Positions 40,601 to 53,300 of a stretch of 64,000 nt of DNA are shown one piece after another. The position numbers and the translations under genes are program-made. The notes below the pieces were generated by a model. The model did no database searches. It saw nothing but the letters and a program-made list of their open reading frames with translations, and was not told the origin of the DNA. Source of the stretch: an uncultured Veillonellaceae bacterium (GTDB lineage Bacteria; Bacillota; Negativicutes; JARBTT01); the NCBI GenBank assembly GCA_963805085.1, contig CAWDTA010000003.1, positions 160,001-224,000 of the forward strand, given 5' to 3'. Positions within the stretch are counted from its first letter, which is position 1. Each line of letters opens with the position of its first letter.

Positions 40601-43600
40601 GAACAAGGGAAGGTTTGTGTGCAGTTAAACGGGCTTTCAACAAGAGTATTAGAAAGTGAAACGGGTTCGTTAGCAAACCAGAAAAGTCTCGGGACTTTGA
40701 TGATGGAGTCTGTCTGGCAAGAAAAAGCTGTTGCCCAGGAAGATATAGCTCCCGCCTATATCCAGCATCTGGTGATTCTTTGTGAACAAGGTGGAATTTC
40801 CCCGGATAGTATCGAAAATAGCATGAATGGAGTACACTGCTCTATCTTAGCGACTGAACAACAAGACATAGAGGAACGTTTTTCAGCCTATGCCGTTCAA
40901 GTATTTGAGAAAATTAAAAATATTCTTAAAGAAAAAAACAAGGGAAAAGTATTGATACAGATTGTAGTTTCTACTCAGAAGGAAGTGCAACTCTGCTGTG
41001 CCCTTGCCGGACTGTTGAAAACCGCCCAGCTGGAAAATCCTCAAATAATAGGCCAGATGATTGAAGTAGGGGCTGGGGAAGATGCAGAAAGTATCATAGA
41101 AAAATTGCAAGAGAACAGTTGCTCTCCCTCTGCTAATCAGATTCGCTATCAGGATGGTAGACGTTTGGTTAACGTTTGGAATGAAGTGGAGGAAGCTTCA
41201 ACGGAAGCAGTAAAGATCCCCTGGAAAGATCAGGGGGTCTATTTAATTTCCGGTGGTGCCGGTGGACTAGGGCTTATTTTTGCCCAAGAAATTGTACGTA
41301 AAGTCAAGGATGCAACCTTGATTCTTATGGGACGGTCTCAACTTGATGAAGAGAAGCAAACCAAGCTTAAGGAGTTGGAGTCCCTGGGGGGGCGCATCGT
41401 CTACAGGCAAGTGGATGTTACCAAAAAGAAAGCTGTCGACAACTTAATCCAAAGCATACGGGCTGACTTTGGTGGCATCAATGGCATCATCCATAGCTCT
41501 GGTGTAATTAAAGACAACTTTATCATCAAAAAGACGAAGGAGGAGTTCTTAGAAGTGTTGGCTCCCAAGGTGACCGGATTGGTGTATCTTGATCAGGCAA
41601 CCAAGGGGCAGCCCCTTGACTTTTTTATTATATTTTCTTCTGTGGCGGGAGTTGTTGGCAGTTTGGGACAGGCAGACTATTCAGCTGCCAATGCTTTTAT
41701 GAATGCCTATGCGAAGTATCGCAGCGATTTGACGACTTTAAACCAACGCCACGGTCAAACAATGTCAATCAGTTGGCCGCTGTGGCAAGAAGGCGGGATG
41801 CATGTTGATGTGGAAACCGAAAAGATGATGAGGCAAAACACGGGTATGATTGCCATGCAGACAGCAACCGGCATCCAGGCATTGTACCAAGGCTTGGCAT
41901 CTGGACAGGAGCAGGTCATGGTGATAGAAGGAGAACTTAAGAGGCTCCAAGAAGCAGTACTCTTCAAGCAAAAGGCCGAAACAGAAGCTCTAAAAGCACC
42001 TTATATTATAGAAGAAAACAAAGCGGTACTGTATATTGACCAAGATTCACTCCAGGAAAAAGCTGCGAATTATTTCAAAAGGTTACTATCTTCAGTCATC
42101 AAGCTGCCGGCGCATCGTATTGAAGCAGATGTTCCGATGGAACAATATGGGATAGATTCGATCATGGTCATGCAAATGACCAATCAATTGGAAAAAACAT
42201 TCGGTTCATTGTCAAAAACGTTATTTTTTGAATACCAAAACATTAAAGATTTAACCGGATATTTCTTGGAAGATTATCGCGAACAGCTAATAGAATTATT
42301 AGGATTTGAAGAGAAAACAGCCACGCCCGCCGATCTTCCTCAGGATTTTCCTGTTGTGACAGAGTCAGAAAAACTGGTTGCCAGCAGTCGTCGGCACCGC
42401 TCGCGTTTTGCATCTGTTCGTATGGAAACTCGGGAAGAAAAATCAAGGCGCTTGGATATTGCTATCATTGGTGTTTCCGGACGTTATCCCGGAGCAGAAA
42501 ATATTCGGGAGTTTTGGAAAAATTTACGGGACGGCAAGGATTGTATTACCGAAATTCCTAAAGACCGCTGGGATCACAGTCTGTACTTTGATGAAGATAA
42601 AAATAAACCGTGGAAAAACCTACAGCAAATGGGGTGGATTTCTTGAAGCGGAGTGGATCAATTCGATCCGTTATTTTTCAATATTTCACCCCGGGAAGCG
42701 GAAATCATGGATCCCCAGGAGCGTTTATTCTTGGAGTGTGTCTATGAAACCATGGAGGATGCGGGATATACCCGGGAAGCCCTTGGCTTGCATCAAGGAT
42801 TTGGTCTGGGAGGCAATGTTGGGGTCTATGTAGGGGTGATGTACGAAGAGTACCAACTCTATGGCGCCCAGGAACAGATTCAGGGCAAACCGGTTGCTCT
42901 TGCCGGAAATCCGGCATCGATAGCCAACCGGGTGTCATATTTTTGCAATTTCCATGGCCCCAGCATGGCGGTGGATACCATGTGTTCTTCCTCGTTGACG
43001 GCGATTCATCTGGCTTGTCAAAGCTTGCAACGAGGCGAATGTGAGCTGGCGATTGCGGGCGGTGTCAATGTCTCGATTCATCCCAACAAATATCTTACTG
43101 CTCGGCCAGGGCAAGTTTGTATCAAGCAAGGGGCGGTGTGAAAGCTTCGGGGAAGGAGGTGATGGCTATGTGCCGGGAGAAGGCGTGGGGGCGGTATTCT
43201 TAAACCATTGTCAAAAGCCATTGCCGATGGGGATCACATTTATGGCGTCATCAAAGGGACTGCCATCAATCATGGTGGGAAAACCAATGGATACACAGTT
43301 CCCAACCCCAATGCCCAAGCCGAAGTGATCGGGCAGGCCTTTAAGGAAGCAGGGATCGACTCCACGGGCAATCAGTTATATTGAAGCCCACGGCACCGGA
43401 ACATCTTTGGGAGATCCAATTGAAATCACGGGCTTGACCAAAGCCTTCCAGAAGAATACCCAAGATAAACAGTTCTGCGCCATCGGTTCGGCCAAGTCGA
43501 ACATCGGGCATTGTGAGAGCGCGGCGGGGATTGCCGGGGTTACAAAAGTATTATTGCAGCTTAAATATCGCCAATTGGTGCCTTCATTGCATTCCAAGAT

Positions 43601-45275
43601 ATTGAATCCCAATATTGATTTCGCCAATACCCCTTTTGTGGTTCAGCAAGAACTTACGGAATGGAAACGACCAGTGATTGAGCATGGTGGAGAAAAGAAA
43701 GAATATCCGCGAATTGCGGGCATATCGGCTTTTGGGGCGGGAGGAGCAAACGCCCATGTAGTGATTGAAGAATATATTCCCCAAGCAACGGAGCGACTTC
43801 AAATTGCAATTACCCCTCAGAATCCGGCAGTTATTGTTTTATCTGCCAAGCATGAAGATCGACTTCAAGAACAGGCACAACAATTATTAGAAGCAATCCG
43901 TGAACAGCAATTTTTAAACTTGGCTGATATGGCTTATACACTCCAGATTGGCCGTGAAGCAAAGGAAGAGCGTCTGGCCGTGGTTGTGGAATCAATCAAA
44001 CAACTTGAAGAAAAATTGGACAATTTCGTGAAAGGTCAGGATGATATTGAAGATCTTTATCGGGGGCAGGTCAAGCAAGATAAAGAAATGACAGCTTTAT
44101 TTACTGAAGATGAAGATATGACAAAAACGATCGACGCATGGATTGCTAAAGGAAAGTATGCGAAGCTTCTCGACCTATGGGTCAAAGGATTGTCATTTGA
44201 TTGGAACAAGCTGTATGGTGATACAAAACCTCATCGCATCAGTTTACCTACTTATCCATTTCTCAGGGACAGCTATTGGTTTCCAGAGTTTGAGATGAAA
44301 TTTGTTAGTGGAACGGAAGGGGCAGCCTTAGTAGGGAATACTCAACCAATTCCATCATCAGTCTCGCAAGAATCTTTGAAAATCAGCACCGTACAGCAAG
44401 GAATGACTATATCTAATATGTCTGATAAACCCCATGGTATCTCTTTACGATCTTTGTCAGACAACTCAAGATTAACAACTAACCCAGCGGGGCAAAACTT
44501 GCAATCGGTTCAATTAATGCCAACAGATATCCCTTCAGTTTCAGTGAGTAATATTTCACAGCCAATCAATGAGGCTGAACCTATGATAAATGTTCAAACA
44601 GCTGGTTCGGTGGAAATTTTACGGGAAGAATTGGCAACAAGCTTAGCGGAAGCCTTGTATATGAAGCCGAACGACATAGATCTTGATACAAAATTTATTG
44701 ATTTGGGGATGGATTCAATTATCGGCGTGGAATGGATTCAGACAATTAATAGTCGCTATGGAACTTCGATTGCAGCAACAAAAGTTTATGATTATCCGAC
44801 TATTAATGAATTCGCTAGTCATTTGGAAGCAAAACTTGCTAAACAAGGGAACAAAATCGTAAGTAATACAATGGTTTCGCTACCAAGTCTTCAGACATCT
44901 GAGCCAAGTGTCATCAAACCGCAGGTAAAACCAAAGCAATCAGTGGAAGCTTTACAGGAGGAACTGGCAACAAGCTTAGCGGAAGCTTTGTATATGAAGC
45001 CGAGCGACCTAGACATTGATACAAAATTTATTGATCTGGGGATGGATTCGATTATCGGCGTGGAATGGATTCAGACGATTAATAGTCGCTATGGAACTTC
45101 GATTGCAGCAACAAAAGTTTATGATTATCCGACTATTAATGAATTTGCTAAATTTATGGAAAAAGAATTGAGTAAATCAATTCCATCTCTTTCCTTGCAG
45201 GAAGTGCTGCAACAATTACAAAAAGGGACATTAGATAGGGATCAGGCGGATAAACTATTAAACCAAATTATGTAA
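37643..45275 (+). CDS. trans-AT PKS: KS-DH-KR-ACP-KS-ACP-ACP, interrupted by clustered frameshifts at 42611-43361
   Basis: ORF pieces 37643..42646, 42653..43141, 43041..43328 and 43407..45275 join into one continuous KS when compared with paralogous KS in the window. RBS AGGAGG. Terminal ACP pair GMDSIIGVEW (333-bp offset). Intact gene versus pseudogene cannot be decided from this sequence. Confidence 0.88.
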
Positions 45276-45328
45276 GAGAAAAATAAACAAAGAGAGAATA
45301 TAAAACTAATGTTAAAGGAGAAAAAAAT

Positions 45329-46585
45329 ATGATTAATGTTGGAATTGAAGCAATGAATGCTTTTGGCGGAACAGCTTATCTAGATGTGATGGAATTAGCT
45401 AGACATCGTCAATTGGATACCACAAGATTTGAAAATTTACTAATGAAAGAGAAGGCCGTAGCTTTGCCTTACGAAGATCCGGTTACCTATGCGGTCAATG
45501 CAGCTAAACCAATCATAGATGCACTCTCAGAGGCAGAGAAAAATCGGATTGAAATGTTGGTAACTTGCACAGAATCGGGGATTGATTTTGGAAAATCTAT
45601 GAGTACCTATATTCATCATTATTTAGGATTGAATCGAAATTGTCGCTTGTTTGAACTTAAAAATGCGTGTTATTCGGGAGTTGCAGGATTTCAGACTGCC
45701 GTGAATTTTATTCTATCTCAGGCTTCTCCTGGGGCCAAAGCTCTAGTGATTGCAACTGATATTTCCCGGTTTATTGCTGAAGAAGGCGGGGAAATGACTG
45801 CGGACTGGTCTTATGCAGAACCGAGTGCGGGCGCGGGAGCTGTGGCGGCTTTAGTTAGTGAAATGCCCCATGTATTTCAAGTGGATGTAGGAGCTAATGG
45901 ATACTATGGATATGAGGTGATGGATACTTGCCGCCCTACTCCTGATAGCGAAGCTGGGGATGCAGATTTATCTCTATTGTCCTATTTGGATTGTTGTGAA
46001 AACGCTTTTTTGGAATATAAAAAACGGGTTCCTGGCGTAGATTATCAAAAAACATTCCAGTATCTCGCTTTTCATACTCCTTTTGGTGGGATGGTGAAGG
46101 GAGCCCACCGTACGATGATGCGGAAAATGACCAAGGCAAAGCCTCCTGTGATAGAGGACGATTTCAAACAACGGGTGACGCCGGGAATGACTTATTGCCA
46201 ACGTGTCGGAAATATCATGGGTGCCACCATGTTGCTGTCACTGCTGAGTACTATAAATAACGGTCAGTTTGATTCTCCAAAGCGAATAGGCTGTTTTTCT
46301 TATGGTTCTGGTTGCTGTTCTGAGTTTTTCAGTGGAGTAACTACGGCGCAAGGGCAAGAAAGCCTGCATCGGTTTGGGTTTGAGCGTCAGCTTAATGAAC
46401 GTTATCGATTATCTATGGATGAATATACTGATACGTTGTATGGGAGTGGGATGGTGAGATTCGGCACTAGAAATACTAAGTTAGATTTAGATTTTATTCC
46501 AGGTGTAACGGCCTCGTGCCAAGGGAAAGGCCGATTGTTCCTAGATGAAATTAAAGAATTTCATCGTGAATATAGGTGGATCTAA
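45329..46585 (+). CDS. pksG: HMG-CoA synthase-like beta-branching enzyme (PksG family)
   Basis: ESGIDFGKS, ELKNACYSG (catalytic Cys), FHTPFGGMVKGAHR and FSYGSGC; 418 aa; RBS AAGGAG. Confidence 0.96.
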   Translation: MINVGIEAMNAFGGTAYLDVMELARHRQLDTTRFENLLMKEKAVALPYEDPVTYAVNAAKPIIDALSEAEKNRIEMLVTCTESGIDFGKSMSTYIHHYLGLNRNCRLFELKNACYSGVAGFQTAVNFILSQASPGAKALVIATDISRFIAEEGGEMTADWSYAEPSAGAGAVAALVSEMPHVFQVDVGANGYYGYEVMDTCRPTPDSEAGDADLSLLSYLDCCENAFLEYKKRVPGVDYQKTFQYLAFHTPFGGMVKGAHRTMMRKMTKAKPPVIEDDFKQRVTPGMTYCQRVGNIMGATMLLSLLSTINNGQFDSPKRIGCFSYGSGCCSEFFSGVTTAQGQESLHRFGFERQLNERYRLSMDEYTDTLYGSGMVRFGTRNTKLDLDFIPGVTASCQGKGRLFLDEIKEFHREYRWI

Positions 46586-47361
46586 TGAATTATCAGACGA
46601 TTAAGGTTCGTTTTCAAGAGTCAATATGTTTCTTGCAGTTTAACCGGCCTGAAGCCAATAATACGATCAATGATCTCTTGATTGAAGAATGTCATCATGT
46701 ATTGGCACTGTGTGAGGAATCGGCTACTATTTTGGTGTTGGAAGGCTCCCCGGAAGTCTTTTGTTTTGGGGCTGATTTCCAAGGAATACACCAAGGAATG
46801 CAGGAGAAAATTGGTGAACAACAACCAAGCACACGAACTCCGGAGCCTATGTATGATCTGTGGTTGAAATTGGCTACCGGATCGTTCATAACAATTTCCC
46901 ATGTCCGGGGAAAGGCCAATGCAGGAGGAGTAGGATTTGTTGCTGCTAGTGATATCGTGCTTGCCAATGAGACCGCACAGTTTAGTCTGTCCGAATTGTT
47001 ATTTGGACTTTTTCCTGCTTGTGTTATGCCATTTTTGATTCGTCGAATCGGATTTCAAAAAGCTCATTATTTGACATTGATGACTCAGCCGGTTTCGATT
47101 CAGCAGGCACATGCATGGGGCTTGGTTGATGCCTATGAAGTACAGAGCGAATCCTTGCTTCGCAAGCATTTACTTCGCCTCAGACGTTTATCCAAACCAG
47201 CCATATCGAGGTATAAACACTACATGAGTGAGCTTAATAATTCGCTGCTTCAATCCAAAGCAATGGCTTTAGCTGCTAACCAGGAGGTATTTTCTGACCC
47301 TCGTAATCTTGAGGGAATTTACTGGTATGTTGAAAAGGGAAAATTTCCGTGGGAGAGATGA
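46585..47361 (+). CDS. pksH: enoyl-CoA hydratase-like dehydratase ECH1 (PksH family)
   Basis: FCFGADF, GKANAGGVGFVAASDIV and FSLSELLFGLFPACV; translationally coupled by TAATG overlap with the synthase gene (alternative GTG at 46576). Confidence 0.94.
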   Translation: MNYQTIKVRFQESICFLQFNRPEANNTINDLLIEECHHVLALCEESATILVLEGSPEVFCFGADFQGIHQGMQEKIGEQQPSTRTPEPMYDLWLKLATGSFITISHVRGKANAGGVGFVAASDIVLANETAQFSLSELLFGLFPACVMPFLIRRIGFQKAHYLTLMTQPVSIQQAHAWGLVDAYEVQSESLLRKHLLRLRRLSKPAISRYKHYMSELNNSLLQSKAMALAANQEVFSDPRNLEGIYWYVEKGKFPWER

Positions 47362-47365
47362 TATT

Positions 47366-50300
47366 ATGGGAATAAAGAGCAACAAAATGATAATAAAAAA
47401 AGAAGAAATTTTACGTGCAGTACAAGCAGGGGAAATAAGCCCTGAACAAGGATCAAAGGAACTAAGAGAAATGGCGGAAGAAACAGTAGTCAAACAGTTA
47501 AAACATAATTCATTGGATTCGTCTACAGAACAACATTCTACTAATAATTCAGTGCAACAAGCTGGCGTTGATTTCTATGAAGTAGAACCGGGTATTGTTC
47601 AATTGACAATGCAAGACCGAGTTAATAAAAATACGTTTTCCTATGAATTGATCTCTGGACTGATGAAATCGTTTGAAGTAATAAAGGACAATCCAAAATA
47701 CAAGGTTGTTATTCTAACTGGCTATGACAGTTATTTTGCCTCTGGTGGAACTAAAGAGGGTTTATTAGCCATATACGAAGGTAAGGCGAAATTTACCGAT
47801 ACTACCATTTATAGCCTTGCATTAGATTGTAAGATTCCGGTAATTGCTGCCATGCAAGGTCATGCGATTGGTGCTGGCTGGTCTATGGGGATGTTTTGTG
47901 ATTTTATTATTATGAGTCGAGAAAGTATTTATACCAGCAACTATATTAAATATGGTTTTACTCCGGGTGCTGGTGCAACATTAATTTTTCCAGAGAAACT
48001 GGGGGTTGGTTTAACTCAAGAAATTTTATTTACCGGAAAGAGATTTCACGGATCTGAATTGGAATCAAAAGGGATTCCTTTTCCGGTTTTGCCAAGAAAA
48101 GAAGTTCTCCCATACGCGATACAACTAGCAAAAACGTTATCAGATTCGCCTAGAGAAGCATTGATCGCATTAAAAGATCTTATGACTGAATCCATTAGAG
48201 AAAGGCTATCTTCTACCTATGAAAAAGAATTAAAAATGCATGAAAAAACTTTCGTAAATCAACCAGAAGTAAAAGAGAGGATTCAAATACAATATGGGCA
48301 GTCACCAGAAAATGATGATGACAAGAAATCTTTAGGATTAACTATGCACAAAGAAAAAAATATTCAAAGTGATACGAATCCTTCAATTGATTCTGTAGAT
48401 TCAAAAAAGGAAGGAGTATTTAAAGGGAATATAGAGATTCCTTCACAAGATTCAATTGCTATCATTGGCATGTCAGGACAATTTCCAAAGTCGAAAAACT
48501 TAGCTGAATTTTGGAATAATATCGCTCGGAGTAAAGATTGTATTTCTGAAATTCCCCAAACACGCTGGTCTATAGATAAGTTTTATGATCCTGACTCAAG
48601 AGTTCCAGGAAAAACCTATTGCAAATGCATGGGGGTTTTAGAGGACATTGATAAGTTTGATCCATTGTTTTTTGGTATTTCACCCGCAGAAGCAGAATTT
48701 ATGGATCCTCAGCAACGTCTATTTTTGGAAAACTGCTGGGGTTGTATTGAAGATGCTGGATTAAATCCTTCTTTATTATCTGGAAGCCGTTTTGGTGTTT
48801 TTGCGGGTTGCGCGCCTAGTGATTATGGGCAAGGACCAGGATTAAATGCTCAGGCATTTACGGGAGGAGCAAGTTCGATTCTAGCGGCAAGGATTTCGTA
48901 CTTGTTAAACTTGAAAGGCCCATGTTTAGCAATTGATACTGCGTGCTCCTCCTCTTTGGTGGCAATAGCCGAAGCTTGTAACAGTCTGATACTGCAAAAT
49001 ACTGATCTTGCATTAGCGGGTGGAGTATATGTTATGCCAGGCCCATCAATGCATATTCAGAGTAGTAAAACTGGAATGTTATCCCGAGATGGACGATGCT
49101 TTACCTTTGACAACAGGGCTAATGGTTTTGTTCCAGGAGAAGGAGTAGGAGTTGTTTTATTGAAACGACTCTCCGACGCAGTTCGGGATAATGATCCAAT
49201 TTATGGAGTGATTCGTGGTTGGGGAATTAATCAAGATGGAAAAACTAATGGGATTACTGCTCCGAGTGTAAATTCACAAATTCTCTTAGAAAAAGAAGTA
49301 TATCAACGTTTTGGAATTAATCCAGAAACAATATCTTTAGTAGAGGCTCATGGAACAGGGACAAAACTCGGTGATCCCATTGAAGTGGAAGCGCTTACTG
49401 AATCATTCCAGGCTTTTACACAGAAGAAGAACTATTGTGCGTTAGGATCAGTGAAAAGCAATATCGGTCACCTTTTATTAGCGTCAGGAGTAACTAGTGT
49501 AATTAAAGTATTACTTGCCTTGCAACACCGAATGTTGCCACCTACGATTAATTTTGAAACGTTAAATGAGCATATTTGTTTAGACAATACTCCGTTTTAT
49601 ATCAATACCAAATTACAACCTTGGGAAGTTACTTCAGGAACCCCTCGACGTGCTTGTGTAAGTGCTTTCGGGTTTAGCGGGACGAATGCCCATGTTGTTA
49701 TTGAAGAATATCCTTCCAACACAGCTAGAACACCAATCCTCACGAATACAAACAATCCGCTAATATTTGTATTGTCTGCAAAAAGTGAGGAACAATTAAA
49801 AGCCTATGCAGAATCCATGAAGAACTTCGCTGAATCACATGATGACTTCAATCTAGCAGATATGGCCTATACTTTACAGGTAGGGCGAGGCGCAATGGAT
49901 CATCGCTTGGCGTTTGTGGCGGATTCGAGAGATACTTTAGTGAAAGTATTAGGGGAGGTTGTAAATGATATTTCTTCGACAGAAATACTAGTAGGTCGGG
50001 TGAAAAAGAGGAAAAATGGAATGACGCAGGTAGAAGATACGAAAGCCTTGCTTCAAACTTGGATTCAGGAGAAGAAACTCAAAGAAATAGCACAATTATG
50101 GGTGAAAGGTTTTAATCTTGATTGGGACAAACTTTATATTGGTAGCAAACCTCGCCGAATAAGTCTACCCACCTATCCCTTTGCTAGGGAACACTATTGG
50201 ATACCAGAGAACAACATTGAATTGGCCGATACTACCGCTACAAATTCAGCTCAGGTATCCTCTATCCATCCTCTGTTACATCAAAACACCTCCGATTTTT

Positions 50301-53300
50301 CCGAACAACGTTTTAGTTCGACCTTGACGGGCCAAGAATTTTTTCTGGCGGATCATATTGTAAAAGGTCAACGGGTTTTGCCAGGGGTAGCCTATCTTGA
50401 AATGGCCCGGGCAGCAGTGGAGCAGGCAGTGGGAGCATTAGAAGAAGGGCAGACCGCAATACGGCTTAAAAACGTGGTTTGGGCTAGACCTATTGTCGTG
50501 GGTGACCAGCCGACCAAGGTGCACATTGGTCTGTTTCCCGAAGAAAACGGAGATATTACATATAACATTTATAGTGAATCAGATGCAGGTGACACAGAGC
50601 CAGTAGTATGCAGCCAAGGCAGCGCTGAATTAGGCTTGGTTTCAGAAGTCCCAGCATTGGATTTAAAGGCATTAAAGGCGCAGTGCTGCCAAAACACTTT
50701 TTCTTCCACCCAATGTTACGAGATATTTAGGGGCATGGAAATCAACTATGGTCCGGGACACCAGGGGATTGAGAAAGTATATGTAGGGTCTGGGCAGGTG
50801 TTGGCAAAGCTGTCATTACCTGCTTCAGTCTCCGATACTCAAAACCAATTCGTCCTGCATCCTAGTTTGGTAGATTCTGCTTTGCAGGCTTCGGTGGGTT
50901 TAATGATGGGCGATAGTAAGGATATGCCATCCGGCAGTAAAGCTCCTGTCAAGCCTTCTCTACCATTTGCTTTACGAGAACTTGAAGTCCGTAGCAGTTG
51001 TACTCCAATGATGTGGGCTTGGATTCAATACAGTGAGGGCAGCGCAGCAGAGGATAAAGTACAGAAGCTTGATGTCGATTTGTGCGACGAGCAAGGGAAT
51101 ATTTGTGTGAGGATGAAGGGATTTTCATTGCGAGTTCTAGAAGGAGAGCTTGGTTCGTTAAAGTCTTCGACAAATTTCGGAACTCTGATGTTGTACCCGG
51201 ACTGGAGAGAAAAAGATATTATTGAAGAAGCCCAAGTTCCTGACTATACTCAACATTTGGTGATGCTTTGTGAGCCGAATGAAGTTTTCCAAGAGAGCAT
51301 CGAAACTCAAATAAATGGAATACGTTGCATTACTTTGCAGTCCGAGCAGAAAGAACTCGGGGAACGATTTAATATCTATGCTGTTCAGCTGTTTAAAGAA
51401 ATCCAAAGCATCTTTAGGGAAAAACCAAAGGAGAAAGTATTGATTCAGGTTGTTGTTTTCAATCAAGAGGAACAGGAAATTTTTACCGGATTCTCTGGAA
51501 TATTGAAAACTGCTCAGCTTGAGAATCCTAAACTCATAGGGCAGCTTATTGAAGTTGAAGCGGCCGAAGATCCTATTTCAATTATAGAGAAACTGAAAGA
51601 AAATAGCCGCAGTCCAATCGATAACCATATTCGGTACCAGGATGGCAAACGTTTACTTGCTGCCCTATGTGAAGTGGAAGTTTCCCCGAAAATAGTGAAA
51701 ATTCCATGGAAAGATCAGGGGATTTATATGATTACTGGCGGTGCTGGAGGCCTAGGACTTACTTTTGCCAGAGAAATTGCTTATAAGGCCAAGGGTGTGA
51801 CCTTGATCCTAACGGGGCGATCCCCGTTGGATGAAAACAAGGAAGCCCAACTGAAAGAATTGCAGACCTTAGGTGCCAGGATCGAATACAAGCAAGTTGA
51901 TATGACTCAGAAGAAGGCTGTTGTCGACTTGATCCAAAGCATCAGGGAGGACTTCGGGAGTCTCAATGGCATCATCCATAGTGCTGGAGTCATTCGGGAC
52001 AACTTCATCCTTAAAAAGACTAAAGATGAGTTCTTAGAAGTTTTGGCTCCAAAGGTTAGCGGACTGGTCAATCTGGATCAGGCAAGCAATGATCTGCCGC
52101 TTGACTTCTTCATTCTCTTTTCCTCCATAGCAGGAAGGCTAGGCAACCCAGGTCAGGCAGACTACGCAGCCGCCAATGCCTTCATGGACGCCTATGCTAA
52201 GTATCGTAATGCTCTGGTGTTGACAAAACAACGACAAGGGCAAACGCTATCAATTGATTGGCCGCTGTGGCAAGAGGGCGGTATGCATGTTGATGAAGAA
52301 ACCGAAAAGAAGATGAGGCAGGACATAGGGATGATTGCTATGCAGACTTCAACTGGTATCAGAGCCTTGTATCAAGGATTAAGCTCCGGTAAGGATCAGG
52401 TCATGGTGATGGAAGGGGAGCTCAAACAGCTTCAGGCAACATTCTTGGGGCAGCCGTCCGGGAAAGAAGTTTTTAAGGCATCTTCCTCCATAGAAGGAAA
52501 TAAAGCAATGACAACAAATACACAAGAACTGCTTCAAGAAAAGGCTGTAAATTACTTCAAAAAGCTGCTTTCTTCAGTCATCAAGCTGCCACCGTATCGA
52601 ATCGAAGAGGATGCTCCAATGGAAAAATATGGGGTTGATTCGATCATGGGTATGCAATTAACCAATCAATTAGAAGAAACATTTGGATCGTTATCAAAAA
52701 CGTTATTTTTTGAATACCAAAACATTAAAGATTTAACCGGATATTTTCTCGAATCCTATCAAAATAAACTGATAGAATTGCTGGGGATTGAGGAGGAAGT
52801 AGCAGAAACAACCGAAAATACTACAGTTGTGCTAGAGCCTAAAAAATCCGTCCTGAGTAGTCGCAGGCGCTCTCGTTTTGCGGAATTTCGCACAGTAGCT
52901 CGGGAAGAAAAAACAACAGGAACTATGGATATCGCCATTATTGGTGTTTCCGGACGTTACCCCGGGTCGCGAAATATTCAGGAGTTCTGGACGAACCTGC
53001 AGGGTGGCAATGATTGTATTACAGAAATTCCTAAAGACCGCTGGGATCATAGCTTGTATTTCGATGAAGATAAGAACAAGCTAGGAAAAACTTACTGCAA
53101 GTGGGGAGGGTTTTTAGAAGATGTAGATCAATTTGATCCGTTGTTCTTCAATATCTCACCGCGGGATGCAGAGATTATGGATCCTATGACGCGTCTGTTC
53201 TTAGAGACCGTTTGGAATTTACTTGAAGACGCAGGATATACACGGGAGACCTTGCAGCAGATATATCAAGCAAGAGTTGGAGTTTATGTTGGTGCTATGT

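Noticed and set aside
42605-43365. Programmed ribosomal frameshifting or phase variation
   Set aside because: There are five separate indels, not at slippery heptamers or long homopolymers, which is implausible as a programmed mechanism.
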